DNA of 63,950 nucleotides, filler included, from Craspedostauros australis (lineage: Eukaryota): NCBI GenBank assembly GCA_030167865.1. It is 16 parts of 16 records of this genome, joined end to end, with 100 filler letters (N's around TTAATTAATTAA, not from the genome) between each part and the next. Parts side by side here need not be neighbours in the genome. Positions count along the whole stretch, not along the records: positions 2,710 to 11,885 come from JALAGF010003501.1; positions 11,986 to 18,181 come from JALAGF010003502.1; positions 18,282 to 19,843 come from JALAGF010003504.1; positions 19,944 to 23,457 come from JALAGF010003505.1; 12 more parts are not named here. The stretch is one strand, 5' to 3'. Position 1 is the first letter of the stretch; every line of letters begins with the position of its first letter. Of the stretch, positions 11,536-23,457 are shown piece by piece. The notes under the pieces are model-generated. The model ran no database searches. It was not told the origin of the DNA and worked only from the letters and a program-made list of their open reading frames with translations. Position numbers and translations under genes: made by a program.

Positions 11536-12975
11536 CCTTGAGAGTGATCAAATTGTGTCGTGAATGAATTTTGTTCCTCANNNNNNNNNNNNNNNNNNNN
11601 NNNNNNNNNNNNNNNNNNNNNNNNNNNNNNNNNNNNNNNNNNNNNNNNNNNNNNNNNNNNNNNNNNNNNNNNNNNNNNNNNNNNNNNNNNNNNNNNNNNN
11701 NNNNNNNNNNNNNCACGACCTCGGAGTGCCATCGCAACCCAAGACCAAATGAAGTACAACACGGTGTATTGCGAGGACCCAAATCGAATGAGGATGATGA
11801 CCACGACGAATTACACGGGAGATGCTGCTGACCCTGCAACTTGCATTCTGACAGAACAACATCTCGTCATCATCTCATAAACCGANNNNNNNNNNNNNNN
11901 NNNNNNNNNNNNNNNNNNNNNNNNNNNNNTTAATTAATTAANNNNNNNNNNNNNNNNNNNNNNNNNNNNNNNNNNNNNNNNNNNNACCCTCCCTTTGAAC
12001 AGCACCCATCATCATTTGTCCAGCACAACGAGGTGGGAAATACGACTACACCACCGATCACGGATCCGCCTTGATGATTCTGCCTCCCATCACTCTCTGC
12101 CTCCCCAGTGTTCCGTTCTCGTTGTCTCGCTCGGGTGCTGAATGTCTGAAAATGATGGGAGGCCAATTTATCATCAAACGGGAAGTCGAAAGAGGTCTTA
12201 TCACAACGATCACCTGATCCACCAGACGCACTGCCTCATCGCCTCTTCTGATGCCGGAGCGGTGATGGCACATTCATCCGTCTCTCTTGCGCTGTTGCTT
12301 CCATGACATTGGCTGCACTCTTGCCTGCATTGTGTCTTGTGCCAGATTGTTCTTCGTGTTGTTGCACGTTGCACTCTTGCAAACATGCAACAATCGTGTA
12401 GTCGTTGTTCTTCGCGCTCAATTTTCGTGTTTGGTTGTCGCACACGTTTCTCCGCGATGAATTTGGTTGGCCAATTCAGTACTGAAGTAGGCGCAATATT
12501 TGCCGGAGGCAATCGGAAAGGTTCGCCGCGACAAACTGGTTGGGCGCGATTGGAAACTACGACCACAATCTGTTTCAACTACGCAAATAGCGACGTGCAT
12601 TGTTCTTCAGTTGACACCAATTGTTTTGCATCACAACAAGTTCCCGGCACCAAACAGAAAATGCAATCTATTCGAGGTTGAAGCCTATCATGTCTGCACC
12701 AGACTGATCTTGCGAAAGACAAAGGGGACCACAACACAGACTCCACAGGCCGGGATGTGTCCGGCTGAGTTGCATCGCGCTGCATCGTGACGCATTGTAG
12801 TTCTTCACGTCGCACTGTGTGCAATTCTGTCCACATCCGAGCTTTTCATCCATCTCAGCTTCCCAGCCTCACAAAATCAACAACTCGACAACGGCAACAA
12901 CTCAACTCAACTCAACTCAACTCAACTCAACTCAACGATAACAACAACCAACCAATCGCCAAAAATAGCATCATC

Positions 12976-13674
12976 ATGGGTCTTCTGAAACGACTGTCGC
13001 GACGCAACGTCTTCAAGAATGGCAGCAACCACACATCATCGTCATCCCCTTCGCCATCATTGCTGGTCTCCCCCACACCTGCCCTCATGTCACGAAGCAT
13101 GCACAGGCAGAAGAAGCGCCACTCAGACGGCTACATCCCGGAGACAGTGATGACCCCCATCCGTCACACTGTCAAAGGCTCGCGAGACGCCATGCCACGC
13201 AGAGCGTCGAGCCATCACACGTGTTCATCGTGCGTCTGCGACACCCCGCGCAAGGATCCCGTCGTGCCACTCACACCGCGCACTCCCGCACGGCGCGCAG
13301 ATGATACGGACGACGTGGACAGCTCTGGTCTCGTGCATCTGCGGCTGCGCGGAATCCCCGACGGCTGCAAGGGATGCTCCATCTGCTTCGAGCTGTTCGA
13401 AGTGCGTGACACGGTGACGTACCTTCCATGCGGACACATGTATCATTCATCATGTCTGCTGTACGAGCTGAAACGTCATGGATGCTGTCCGACCTGCGAG
13501 ACCGAGCTCCCCAGCAACGTCACGGAAGAAACGGAGATGGAGGACAGATGGAATGCCAGCATCGCAGCCGCCACCGAAGGAAGTCCATCCTCCACGCCCT
13601 CGGTGGTCAACATCGAATCACAACCACCCATCCTTCCCGATCTCGATGTGAGTACCTCCAGTTTCTCGGATTGA
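12976..13674 (+). CDS. RING-H2 zinc finger protein (copy of 3700-4398)
   Basis: Identical translation. Confidence 0.85.
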   Translation: MGLLKRLSRRNVFKNGSNHTSSSSPSPSLLVSPTPALMSRSMHRQKKRHSDGYIPETVMTPIRHTVKGSRDAMPRRASSHHTCSSCVCDTPRKDPVVPLTPRTPARRADDTDDVDSSGLVHLRLRGIPDGCKGCSICFELFEVRDTVTYLPCGHMYHSSCLLYELKRHGCCPTCETELPSNVTEETEMEDRWNASIAAATEGSPSSTPSVVNIESQPPILPDLDVSTSSFSD

Positions 13675-14749
13675 TGGATGCGAGATGACGCTTTATCATG
13701 CACCTCGAACACACGCATCAAGGAGAGGGGATAGAGAGCGTGGTATTTCGTGTCATGCCATGGAAAAAACATCGCGCCGCACGCCCAACATCGCCTCTCA
13801 TCGAAGGCCGTGGCGGAGGAGCAATCCACGGAGCCAATCCACGGAGCCAATACGATGAAACGGAAACACAGAGGATGCGGCGGAAAGCAGCAGAACCAAC
13901 AACACCACACCAATTCGCATGGCGACGAACTCGATCAGACCCGCTCCAGAACCAGAAAGGTGTAGATCGTCAGAGGCACATCGCAGCAGCCACCTGTCCA
14001 GACACACTCCGGGGAATGGCTTGTCCGTCGCTCGACACACGGGTCGAATAGAGGCTGGGATCTTGTCGGAAACAGCAAAACTGGGCCCACGCATGGAGTG
14101 AATGGCACAGCGCCAAAGACAAAGAGAGCCTGCGAATGAAAGGGTCAAAGGCGTACGGACGCTCTGCGCCCTCTCTCTCTCGCACACACATTGGACAAGA
14201 GACGCAACGTGGCATCTCACGAACATCATCTCCCATGCAAGTGCATCCTTGGGACATGCACAATACTTGTATAGTACACCTACTTTGCATAAAGCTACTA
14301 AGGCAAGGCCGCTTACTATTCTCGTACTCGCGCACGACATCTTCACCAAACCAGGACAAACAGAACATTCACGTCATCCAACAAGTCGAGATACTCCAAA
14401 GTAGAAAATGGCGCGTGTGACGTGATCCCCGATCTGGTCCCTTCACATCTTCTTCATTGTTTCCGTTCGTTTCTGACGTCAACCACAAGAAAGGCATCTG
14501 TTCTTGGGTCGAGTTCTGTGCCTCCATTAGTTCTTTGCACGGCAAAACGCGCAACGAACATCCAACAACGAAAGGATACCACCGATGCAACGCACATGGA
14601 CACATCATCCACAAACGCATCATTGCGATCTCCACATTCGGACCAACAGCCATGGCTACCAACGCACCACAATCAGAATCACAATCATTACGACATCACA
14701 CTTGCTGCTTCGTCCGTCACGCCAGGAGTATTGAGCGTACATGTTGACA

Positions 14750-15586
14750 ATGATACCCATGATGGCTACCATGCCAACATGGGCATCGAGAGATCCAAAG
14801 AACTCCACCATGACATCAATAATGATGATCCTCATCGCAGCAATGACATGCAGCGGCACGTCAGCACTCAGCACATCCAACTCGTACCTCGCCTCTCTCA
14901 AGCAACAACCTGCCAACGGTGAGGCCGAGCATCACGTCTCCATTGCCACATATCGGTCGACAGCCGAGTACCTCAACGCTCTTTCGTCGCCAGATTCCTC
15001 AGATTGTGCAAGCGTCGCAATGGATTCATCCCAGCCAACACCATGGAGTGAAGCGACATCTACGCAAGAATCACCACCCGCGGCAGCGATGATGCCACCC
15101 CACGTATCGGCATCAGAATCAACATCAGCATCAATGCTTGATGACGGTGCCGAACACCAGGATGCGCCAGATGAGTGGTACGGCAAGTCCAACCCCATGG
15201 CCGGCTGGGAAGGATACCAACATCCTCGGTGGGGTGGCTACCTGAATAACCTGGGAACTAAAGACTCAGATAATCAACAGCAACAACAACAGCAGCAGCA
15301 GCAGAACAGTGGAAATCCGGCCGAAACGGGAAGAGGAACTCCAAAGAGTCAGAGCGCATGGACACGGAACAAAGACCGATCGAACCAGCGGCCGTCTCAA
15401 CCGCGGCCGAACACACCGCAATGGTCTCCTGCTGCGACAAATACGCAACCAGACTCTCAAGCCGACCTACTGAACTCAACGGATGACGATGTCGCGAATC
15501 CAGTGTTCCGACAGGGCAAACGATCTGACTACGGCAACGACGCGAGATGGGGAGCTGATGTATATCTGGATTCAATCGGACAGTGA
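14750..15586 (+). CDS. Low-complexity YLxxL-motif protein (copy of 5474-6310)
   Basis: Identical translation. Confidence 0.7.
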   Translation: MIPMMATMPTWASRDPKNSTMTSIMMILIAAMTCSGTSALSTSNSYLASLKQQPANGEAEHHVSIATYRSTAEYLNALSSPDSSDCASVAMDSSQPTPWSEATSTQESPPAAAMMPPHVSASESTSASMLDDGAEHQDAPDEWYGKSNPMAGWEGYQHPRWGGYLNNLGTKDSDNQQQQQQQQQQNSGNPAETGRGTPKSQSAWTRNKDRSNQRPSQPRPNTPQWSPAATNTQPDSQADLLNSTDDDVANPVFRQGKRSDYGNDARWGADVYLDSIGQ

Positions 15587-16732
15587 CGATTGCCTCGTCT
15601 TGATGACAGCGAAGGGGGATTGCGGTGTGTTAACATCTCCTTGCCACTGTTGAGCATAACACAAAATTGGATGGGCAACACAAGAGATCGACAGCAGCTG
15701 AGAAAGATGTATCTGTCCATGCTTGCCAGCGGATGAGATCCATCTTGTGACTTGCGATTTGCGTTCTCAATTCGTTCGTACCATTTATGAATCAATACAT
15801 GTTTTGCCGCACATCCCACTATGACACGTGTGCGACATGGTCGAGGCTGGCCGATTCGAAAAAGACAGTACTTGATTAGCTTCTCTTGTGGGAAGTCCGC
15901 TTCGGACTGGCGCCAGAAAAGGAGATCTTTGCCCATCAACTCAACGGACACAACGGGAACAACAACAATGATGATGTGACGGAGGGAACACCAAGACAGC
16001 CATACATACCATCATCACAATCACAATCACAATTGCATTCACAACCATCGCAAGCCATGAGGTATCCCACGGAAAGTCCAGTCGGCGACATGGTCGCTTG
16101 AGTACCGCAGTCGGACAATGCGCGACGCATTGTACGAACCAAGCCAGTGGATCGGATGATCGTGTTCCCAACACGTTCCGCCATCGAGCCCGTTTCCACA
16201 TGCCGATACGTCAGCACTCCACCACTCCATCTCTCATCTTGTGCCGATGCATCGGTCGTGGTTGAAGAACAGTGGGCACGACCCATGACAACGAAGAAGG
16301 AGAGGCGACAACCCTCGCACCAACCCAACCCATCTGCAAGTCAATGCGCACCAACAGTGGTCAGACGTTTCATCGCCGTCGCTGCGACTGCTGCGGATGT
16401 CATCCCACTCTTGTGGCCAACGATGCCATCGCCGTGCTTCACTTTTCCAAAAAAGATGCATTCCGTGGGACCTCCTGTGAGAAACCTACTCCTTCCTACT
16501 CGTACGAGCACAGCGATGAATGCGCATGGCAATAGTTGACGCGATACACTCCTACACCATTGCATTATTGCAGTATTGCACCATGAGGCCTGCAACAGGC
16601 AACAGACACCGAGAAGGAGCGCTTCAATCTCCAACCTCTCCCCAACCTCTCATAAAACTGAAACAGCCACAAACTGATCTAATACATCCAAACATCTAGC
16701 AACTAAAGCAGCAATCTCAGTAACACCCAAAC

Positions 16733-17428
16733 ATGAAGCTCATCGCCACCACCGCCCTCATCTCCATGATGGCATCCGCCTTCGCTCCACTCGCTGACGC
16801 CGCTGGATACACCTGCGGTATCCAGGCCCACTTCGGCATCGACAGCGAAGTCGATCATGCCCACGAGCCAACCATCGAGGAGCTCAACTTCTCTCGCCGC
16901 ATGTTCATGAAGACCTTCCACGATGTGCACCCAGACCTCTCCTTCGACAAGGTCGATCTCATGGACATCTTCGAAGAGAAGCGTCTGGTCGCCTCCATGA
17001 AGAAGAATGACGCTGCCGGCCTTCGTGGAGCGTCCGCTGGTGTCAACACTCTCGATGGTGGAGAGATGAACCGCCTCACCTGGGATCATCAGCCCATCTC
17101 GTGGGACTACAGCTTCGTGGCTGACATCCTTTGTCCCTACTGCTTCTTCGATGATGACGATGATGATGACTTCTACTCAGCAAGCATCTCCTCTACCATC
17201 ACCTCGTTGGCTCGCAACCTCGGGGAAAAGAAGGCCAACGCCAAGGCGAAGAAATCTGGCGCCAAGAAGTTCCAAGCGGCATTGACTGAGCACAAGGCCC
17301 ATCGTTGGGAGACCGCATGGTGCGATGCGTTGAAGAATGGTCCACACGAGTACTACCGCACCGTGGACAAGTGCGTGATCGCCCATAACTCCTTCAGCTG
17401 CACCGAGAAGGCGGACGCCGTCGCATGA
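16733..17428 (+). CDS. Secreted or plastid-targeted hypothetical protein with ASAFAP motif (complete allele)
   Basis: 231 aa; differs from 7457-8152 by a few substitutions (A/T, G/A, V/A, D/N). Confidence 0.88.
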   Translation: MKLIATTALISMMASAFAPLADAAGYTCGIQAHFGIDSEVDHAHEPTIEELNFSRRMFMKTFHDVHPDLSFDKVDLMDIFEEKRLVASMKKNDAAGLRGASAGVNTLDGGEMNRLTWDHQPISWDYSFVADILCPYCFFDDDDDDDFYSASISSTITSLARNLGEKKANAKAKKSGAKKFQAALTEHKAHRWETAWCDALKNGPHEYYRTVDKCVIAHNSFSCTEKADAVA

Positions 17429-17629
17429 GGTCCTTGTGACCCTTCGGCCATAGTTCGATTGTTTCGACTCTCTTCGGAACGGCAGGCAGTGGAGACAGAT
17501 GGAAAAGAAGTGGCCGCTAACTGTAATCAATCATCGATAGATTTCTCTATTGCAACATCACACAACTGTACGCGTATCATACACAGCTATTCTACTGTTG
17601 TTCAAGTGCCATCTCGTTTCATCAGAGTA

Positions 17630-18170
17630 CGCAAAACCACACACACAAGCGGCATGGCTGGCGTGGCGGTTGCTGCGGTTTGAATGGAGCGGATGCGTCG
17701 GCGGACTGCGCCTGATGATGCGATGGTGCAGTACCCGATGTCAACTTCTCGTTGGAGCATTCCCTTGCAACTGCTGAGGCTCACCCCGTTGTCTATTGGG
17801 CGTGAATGTTGATCATCGGACGCATGTCGTAACATCGAAGCAAGCGCTCTATCACATCGACTTGGCTGAAGCAAAAGCATGATACAGCACCGTTTTGTCA
17901 GCGTCGTCTCGGATGTTGATGCATGCCTATGCCAAATGCACGAGTATTGTGAGTCTCACTGAATCGAAAGATGTGCTTGACGACATGCGTATGGCCAAAC
18001 CTAGCGTGTCTCCTTCCACGGTTGCCCAGTAGTATTACTGCTGTTTCTGCTGTTTCTGTCCTTGTTGCGTATGGGGCAAAGTGCGCACGGCAATGGTGGA
18101 GAATGGGACATTGTGGGCATCCCATACGAACACCAATAGCAACCCAGTTCCATCCAAATCATCTTCCAAG
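17630..18170 (-). pseudogene. Degraded ankyrin-repeat gene (allele of 8350-8890)
   Basis: Same ankyrin fragments (GNRGRRHARFGHTHVVKHIF) with additional indels. Confidence 0.6.
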
Positions 18171-18351
18171 TAAACGAACCANNNNNNNNNNNNNNNNNNN
18201 NNNNNNNNNNNNNNNNNNNNNNNNNTTAATTAATTAANNNNNNNNNNNNNNNNNNNNNNNNNNNNNNNNNNNNNNNNNNNNGGTTCATCGTATCGCATCC
18301 AAACTTCTCCATAACAAAAATAGCATAATACTTCAACACAACATCGAACCC

Positions 18352-19843
18352 ATGGATCGAGCAGACCTCAAGCGTAAGCGCCAGGCAGAGGCGGAAGTAC
18401 CGACGACGATGCCAGAGCCTTCCGAGAGCGATGAGGAGGACTGTCTGGAGGCAACGGCGCTTTGGAGGATGTGGGAAGCGGTGGGGCATCTCGAACCTCT
18501 TCGTCTTGATCCTTGTGTCGTCAAAGATACGAAGAGAAGCGCCAACAATGTTCCGAGCACTGCTGCGAATCAAGGCGGGACCGCAGAATGCAAGTCGTCC
18601 ATTGTCAGCAGCAACAGCAGCGACAGCAAGGAAAAGATGACCGAGGCACGATTGGTCTTTGACATCTTCATCGCGCATGGATCCGGATTCTGCGACTTCA
18701 AGACGCTCATGCGGTGCTGCCTCACCAGCAAGACCATGTTCAACGATACCATGCACGGCATTCGCGAACGTCGCATGTGCAAGTACTTCCTCCTCACGCG
18801 GGATACGAAAGAGGCAGCCGGGCATGCTGTGATCGGAGGGTGGGATGCATTCATCAACTTCTTGATGCGCGTGGCACATCTCATCCAATCGTCATTCGCG
18901 AAGTTGGGTATGCACACACCGCCAAAGCTGTATCGTGCGTTGATGGCACAGCAAGCAATCCGATCACTGGACGATTCGCCTCATCCGCTGCTGTTTGAAA
19001 GCTACTGGGAGGAGATAGGAGGATACGAGGACAGACAAGATCCACCCAAGCCGAAATGGCGGTATGAGAGCGTAGATGCCTTTCCGTGGCGTGGGGATCG
19101 CTCAAGCCATGAGGCTACTGTTACTGCTACTGCTATTGCTACTGCTATTGCTACTGCTATTGCTACTGCTATTGCTACTGGCGGTGATAGTGCAGTTGAA
19201 GAATCGCCGCCGCCACCACAGAGTCTATACAGACCCCGGAAACCAACCTTGGCGCTGTGTTTTGCCTACAGTAATGAGGATGGTGACGGCGATGATGGTA
19301 GTGGGTGCGACGTCCCAAGTCATGTGAACTCCGAAGGCTATCTGGTGCTGCCCCATGATGGGATGTCGGGGGGCGACATTAAATCATGCAGAACGAATCT
19401 CCATGATAGAAACCTTGAAGTGGAAGCGCATATACCGGATGACTCTTTCTACCGGCATCTGGTAGAAAAGGGCGAGTATCGCTTTCTCTTCGTCGCCTAT
19501 CGCAAGTACACGTCAGCAGGCATCTTCTGGGTGCTCGCACTCGACAGTGACGACGCAGTCAATTGCGACGTGGCATGCTCGTGCTGTGGGTCCTGTGATC
19601 CCGCTTTTGGTGGGGATGTCCTCGATTCCAACCTAAGCAAGCTCATCGTCTCGAGTGAAGATGAAGACGGTGATGGCGGCGACGTCTGGGGCTTAGAGCA
19701 CACAAACCCAGCCGCTTTGTTGGCATGGTCATGCATGGCAAAATCATTGAAGATCGAGCCTTTTGCCAGTACCTTTGACTTCGACAAGGCAAAGCGAAAG
19801 CTCAAGATGGCATTCGACAACAACTGGATCAGGGGAGACATCG
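18352..19843 (+). CDS. Hypothetical protein, possibly F-box-like plus SMI1/KNR4 (SUKH)-like; 3'-truncated
   Basis: About 500-aa open frame after an A/C-rich leader, with a TAIA repeat from a 12-bp tandem unit. Domain guesses come from weak motif resemblance only. Confidence 0.7.
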
Positions 19844-20401
19844 NNNNNNNNNNNNNNNNNNNNNNNNNNNNNNNNNNNNNNNNNNNNTTAATTAATTAAN
19901 NNNNNNNNNNNNNNNNNNNNNNNNNNNNNNNNNNNNNNNNNNNTGATTTCTGTTTTCTGGATTCGTTTTTAGTCACGAGACATTGGTGCGATCGAGTCAC
20001 GGTTATCCTCGCTTCGCCTTTTGTAGTCGATTCAGTCGATCTTCCTCTCTTGTGAGAAGTTTGGAAGGGAACCGACATGATTGGCACGACAGATGACATG
20101 GAGCGAACTTCCGTGTTTGGCACACATTTGACACCAACATCTGTTGTGCCTTTCTCCTTCCTTGTTGATGGGCGACGACCACCATCGCGAGTCTCGTCGC
20201 GGAGAAGAGGGTGTTTGCTTCAAGCCGGCTCAACAATCTCTGCTCCAGAGAGAATCCTTCTCCACGATTTCGCTGTTTGCATTCTCATGAATGGCACACC
20301 TCTTGTATTCGAAGCGGCGGCACATTCAGACACGCCGCCACGTATTATACTTCTCCATCGGGTCAGACTCTTCACGTGCCTGCTTCCCTCATTCATTCGG
20401 T

Positions 20402-20443
20402 CATCCATCCATCCATCCATCCATCCATCCATCCATCCATCCA
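20402..20443 (+). repeat. (CATC)n microsatellite upstream of aspartoacylase
   Basis: About 10 tandem CATC units. Confidence 0.95.
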
Positions 20444-20572
20444 TTCATAGCAACATCGCAGCACTGCGTTGGCGAAGCATTCCAAGTCACTCGATCCGTC
20501 TTCTCAGCTGCAACCGCAACAGCTCGTACAGACGCTGTCCGTCCATCCATTCAGCTCGGCTCAAGTCCAGGA

Positions 20573-21883
20573 ATGATATCCCCTCCTTCATCTCCTTCAT
20601 CCCCCTCAAGTGCCTCCATTCCAATTCGCAGCAGCGCCCGCCGCAGCACACGCATTCACTCCTGCGTCCACAACTTCATTTGCATGCCAATGCTCATGAT
20701 GACCTTGCTCACAGCAGCGACGATGCCTCGGTGCGCGGCCTCACTTCTTCGCAACGTCGTTGTGGTGGGTGGCACGCACGGCAATGAGTACACGGGTGTG
20801 TGGGTCGTCAAGGCCATGGCCGCCGCGGCTTCCATCAACGGCAACAACCTCAGCCACAGCAAGCATCTCACAAACCTCGTCAGCCTCGACCGCGGCAGCC
20901 TCAAGGACAAGTACCCCTCGCTCAACATCGCCGTGCTGCTGGCAAACCCGGACGCGCACATGGCCAACAAACGCTTTGTGGAGGCCGATCTCAATCGCCA
21001 GTTTGCGTCGGACGTCTGGAAGGATGCTGCCACGACGGTCGAATCCAAACGCGCCAAACAACTCAGCGACCTGCTGGGACCCAAGTTCCTCGCCGACGGC
21101 GTCACGCTCAACGAGGATCCCGCCACGGACGTCGTCGTCGATCTGCACACCACGACGACCAACATGGGCGTCACGGTCATCGTGGCGCAGGGCGACACCG
21201 TCATGACGCAGGCCGCGGCGTACGTCATGCAGCATTTCGACGATGTGCGCTGTTTGATGCACACGCATCCCAACCGTTCCGTGCGGCCCAACCTCTCCTC
21301 GACGGGCAGGCACGGTTTCACCATCGAGGTGGGGCCCGTGCCGCAGGGCGTCATACGGCACGATATGGTCGAAAAGACGGAGGGCGTGCTGTACTGCCTG
21401 CTATCCTACCTCGAACAGCGCAACCGCGACGCCGACAGCGTCCTGCAGCAGCTCAAGCGACATTACGGTGGCATCGTCGTGCCGTGCTTCCGATCGGCGG
21501 CGGCGCAAAGAGAAGGCGAGATGAGCGGCAAGATTGTGTGGCCCACGGATGACGACGACAATCCGAACTTTCCCCAATGGATGATTCACAAGAACATCCA
21601 GGACCGCGATTTCGCGCACGTCCACACGGGTGATCCCATCTTCATCGACATGGAGGGCAACGTCATCACGTACAACGGATCGCATGGATCGCCGGTGCAG
21701 CTCATGTTCATCAATGAAGGTGGCTACTATTACAAGAGTTCCGGCACCGGCATTGGCGTCGCTGTGCAGGCCGAGTACGATCTCGTGACGGGCATGCTGA
21801 TGGATGCTGCATCGGCGCACGGGGCAACGATGGGAGACTTGGCGACGGCTGGTGCGACGGCGAGATCGATGCGGGAGCTGTAG
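20573..21883 (+). CDS. ASPA: Aspartoacylase (AstE/AspA family, M14-like zinc hydrolase)
   Basis: GGTHGNE, DLNRQF, DLHTT, FTIEVGPVPQG and FINEGGYY motifs. Start uncertain (20573 or 20684). Confidence 0.92.
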   Translation: MISPPSSPSSPSSASIPIRSSARRSTRIHSCVHNFICMPMLMMTLLTAATMPRCAASLLRNVVVVGGTHGNEYTGVWVVKAMAAAASINGNNLSHSKHLTNLVSLDRGSLKDKYPSLNIAVLLANPDAHMANKRFVEADLNRQFASDVWKDAATTVESKRAKQLSDLLGPKFLADGVTLNEDPATDVVVDLHTTTTNMGVTVIVAQGDTVMTQAAAYVMQHFDDVRCLMHTHPNRSVRPNLSSTGRHGFTIEVGPVPQGVIRHDMVEKTEGVLYCLLSYLEQRNRDADSVLQQLKRHYGGIVVPCFRSAAAQREGEMSGKIVWPTDDDDNPNFPQWMIHKNIQDRDFAHVHTGDPIFIDMEGNVITYNGSHGSPVQLMFINEGGYYYKSSGTGIGVAVQAEYDLVTGMLMDAASAHGATMGDLATAGATARSMREL

Positions 21884-22209
21884 TATGATATGGCAATACG
21901 TATGCTTGCTCTCTCTCTCTCGAACGAAAGAATCGTGAATCGCCGTGTGCGATGTTACATTCATTAATGCGATTATAAGAGAATATTGCACACTTAATCA
22001 CAAAAGTCCAGAAGACTGTCCGTGGTACTCTGTCTTCGTTTACTTGCACACTTGCGGCAGCGGAGGCATTGACCATTCATCTTTCCGTGCCCCGTGAGGG
22101 TACCAACGCCACTTTGCATCATCATCATTATCTCCGAATGCAATACATATTCCATTCTATGATTGCGCTCTCTATTGGTTTGTCGGCATGCAATTGCAAC
22201 CCTCTCTCT

Positions 22210-23457
22210 CTAGCCCGACAAGTCTGTCAGTACGGACACGTCGTCATCGTTGTGGATGGCGTTGCTTTGATGCTCGTCCTCTTTCACCCCGTCGCTCTGT
22301 TCGCTGGAGATATGCGACAAGCCAGCGCCTTCTTGTTCATGCATGCTGCCTTTCATGGAAGTCTGCGTCCACTTCGTGTCGTGGTCGTTCGTGCTGTGAC
22401 CAGCGATGGATTTCGGTGCGGCGCTTCCCGTCATCAATGTTCCAGCGGTTACCTTGTTGTGATGATGGCCCGTGAGATCCACCACTCTATTATCGTTGGC
22501 ATCCTGTAACTGCATGCTGCCATCCAACGTCAGATACTCCGATCGGCGCTCCTGGATGTCCTTCACCTTGATGGAGCAGCCCCATTCGTTGTAGTATGCG
22601 ACGGCACGCGTCATGTACTTGCAGATCGATTCCTGCAGCAATCTCTTCACACTGCGGTCGGTTGCGCTCAAATGTTTGCTGCGCGGAAGCCTCTTCATCG
22701 TTCGGATCAGGTCTTCGGCTGCATTTTCGCATGCGACGGCGCAGTAGTGCACCAGGGAGACCTTCTCTGCCACCATGATGGCTGTGTCGTACGCCTTCTC
22801 GGACCGGTAGATGTTGGCGAGGCTTGGCTTGACGCCGTTCACCGCGAGCCGCTTGGCCTTGAGCAGCTGCAAGATGCTGGTCGCGTTGCTTCCTTTCTTC
22901 GTCACGAACGTCCTGACAAGTCCAATCTGACGCTTCAGCTCTTTCTTGTGCTTCGCTTTGCCCGTGGATTTGTACAAGGCGAATGCTGAAAGTCCTTGCA
23001 CGAGCATGGTCGTGGATTCGGAACCGAAGGTTGTGGCGTTGCCCGGGAGCTGACGATACAGTGCGATCATGCGTTGTGCAAGCTCGTACTTCCGGAACAG
23101 AAACGCCAGCAAAGGCAGGCCCGAGTAGGTGGTGATCAGTCGGTGCACTTCGTTGCGAATCACAGCCTTGTCGTTGGCGTCGCGCTCCAGCTTGCGTTCG
23201 ATGTCGCTCCAGTCGATTGGATCGAGACCAGCGAGGTACCTTGTCATCATCAGCACGGCGATCGTCGTTTCATTGTTGAATGTCACGTTGTAGACCTTGT
23301 GCTGCTGAATTGTGTGCTCAAGAGCCGCAACCAGCTGCCGGAGCTTGTAGCCAATGTAGAATGCCAAGACGTTGCGGAACCGGAGATTGGTCAACCCCAG
23401 CTCAAAGTCGCCAGACTCCATCCCGAAAGCGTAGCCTTTGTCCAAGGTCTTGATGCA
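22210..23457 (-). CDS. C-terminal helical (TPR-like) part of a STAND/AAA-ATPase-type protein; 5'-truncated
   Basis: 411-aa open frame with GYAFGMESGD, AYDTAI, AVACENAA and AVAYYNEWGCSIKV. The last matches the YxxWGAxxKV signature of kinase/AAA-ATPase/histidine-kinase proteins and their diatom relatives. Confidence 0.7.
   Translation of the reverse strand, partial: CIKTLDKGYAFGMESGDFELGLTNLRFRNVLAFYIGYKLRQLVAALEHTIQQHKVYNVTFNNETTIAVLMMTRYLAGLDPIDWSDIERKLERDANDKAVIRNEVHRLITTYSGLPLLAFLFRKYELAQRMIALYRQLPGNATTFGSESTTMLVQGLSAFALYKSTGKAKHKKELKRQIGLVRTFVTKKGSNATSILQLLKAKRLAVNGVKPSLANIYRSEKAYDTAIMVAEKVSLVHYCAVACENAAEDLIRTMKRLPRSKHLSATDRSVKRLLQESICKYMTRAVAYYNEWGCSIKVKDIQERRSEYLTLDGSMQLQDANDNRVVDLTGHHHNKVTAGTLMTGSAAPKSIAGHSTNDHDTKWTQTSMKGSMHEQEGAGLSHISSEQSDGVKEDEHQSNAIHNDDDVSVLTDLSG

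Larger units (their letters stand above)
11986..18181 (+). repeat. Duplicated segment (haplotype copy B) of 2710-8903
   Basis: Same sequence and ORF set at offset 9276. Confidence 0.95.

Noticed and set aside
20291..20572. N-terminal ORF extensions (also 3511-3699, 9784-9891, 52507-52722)
   Set aside because: They run through microsatellite or CA-rich leader sequence, mostly from non-ATG starts; likely 5' UTR.
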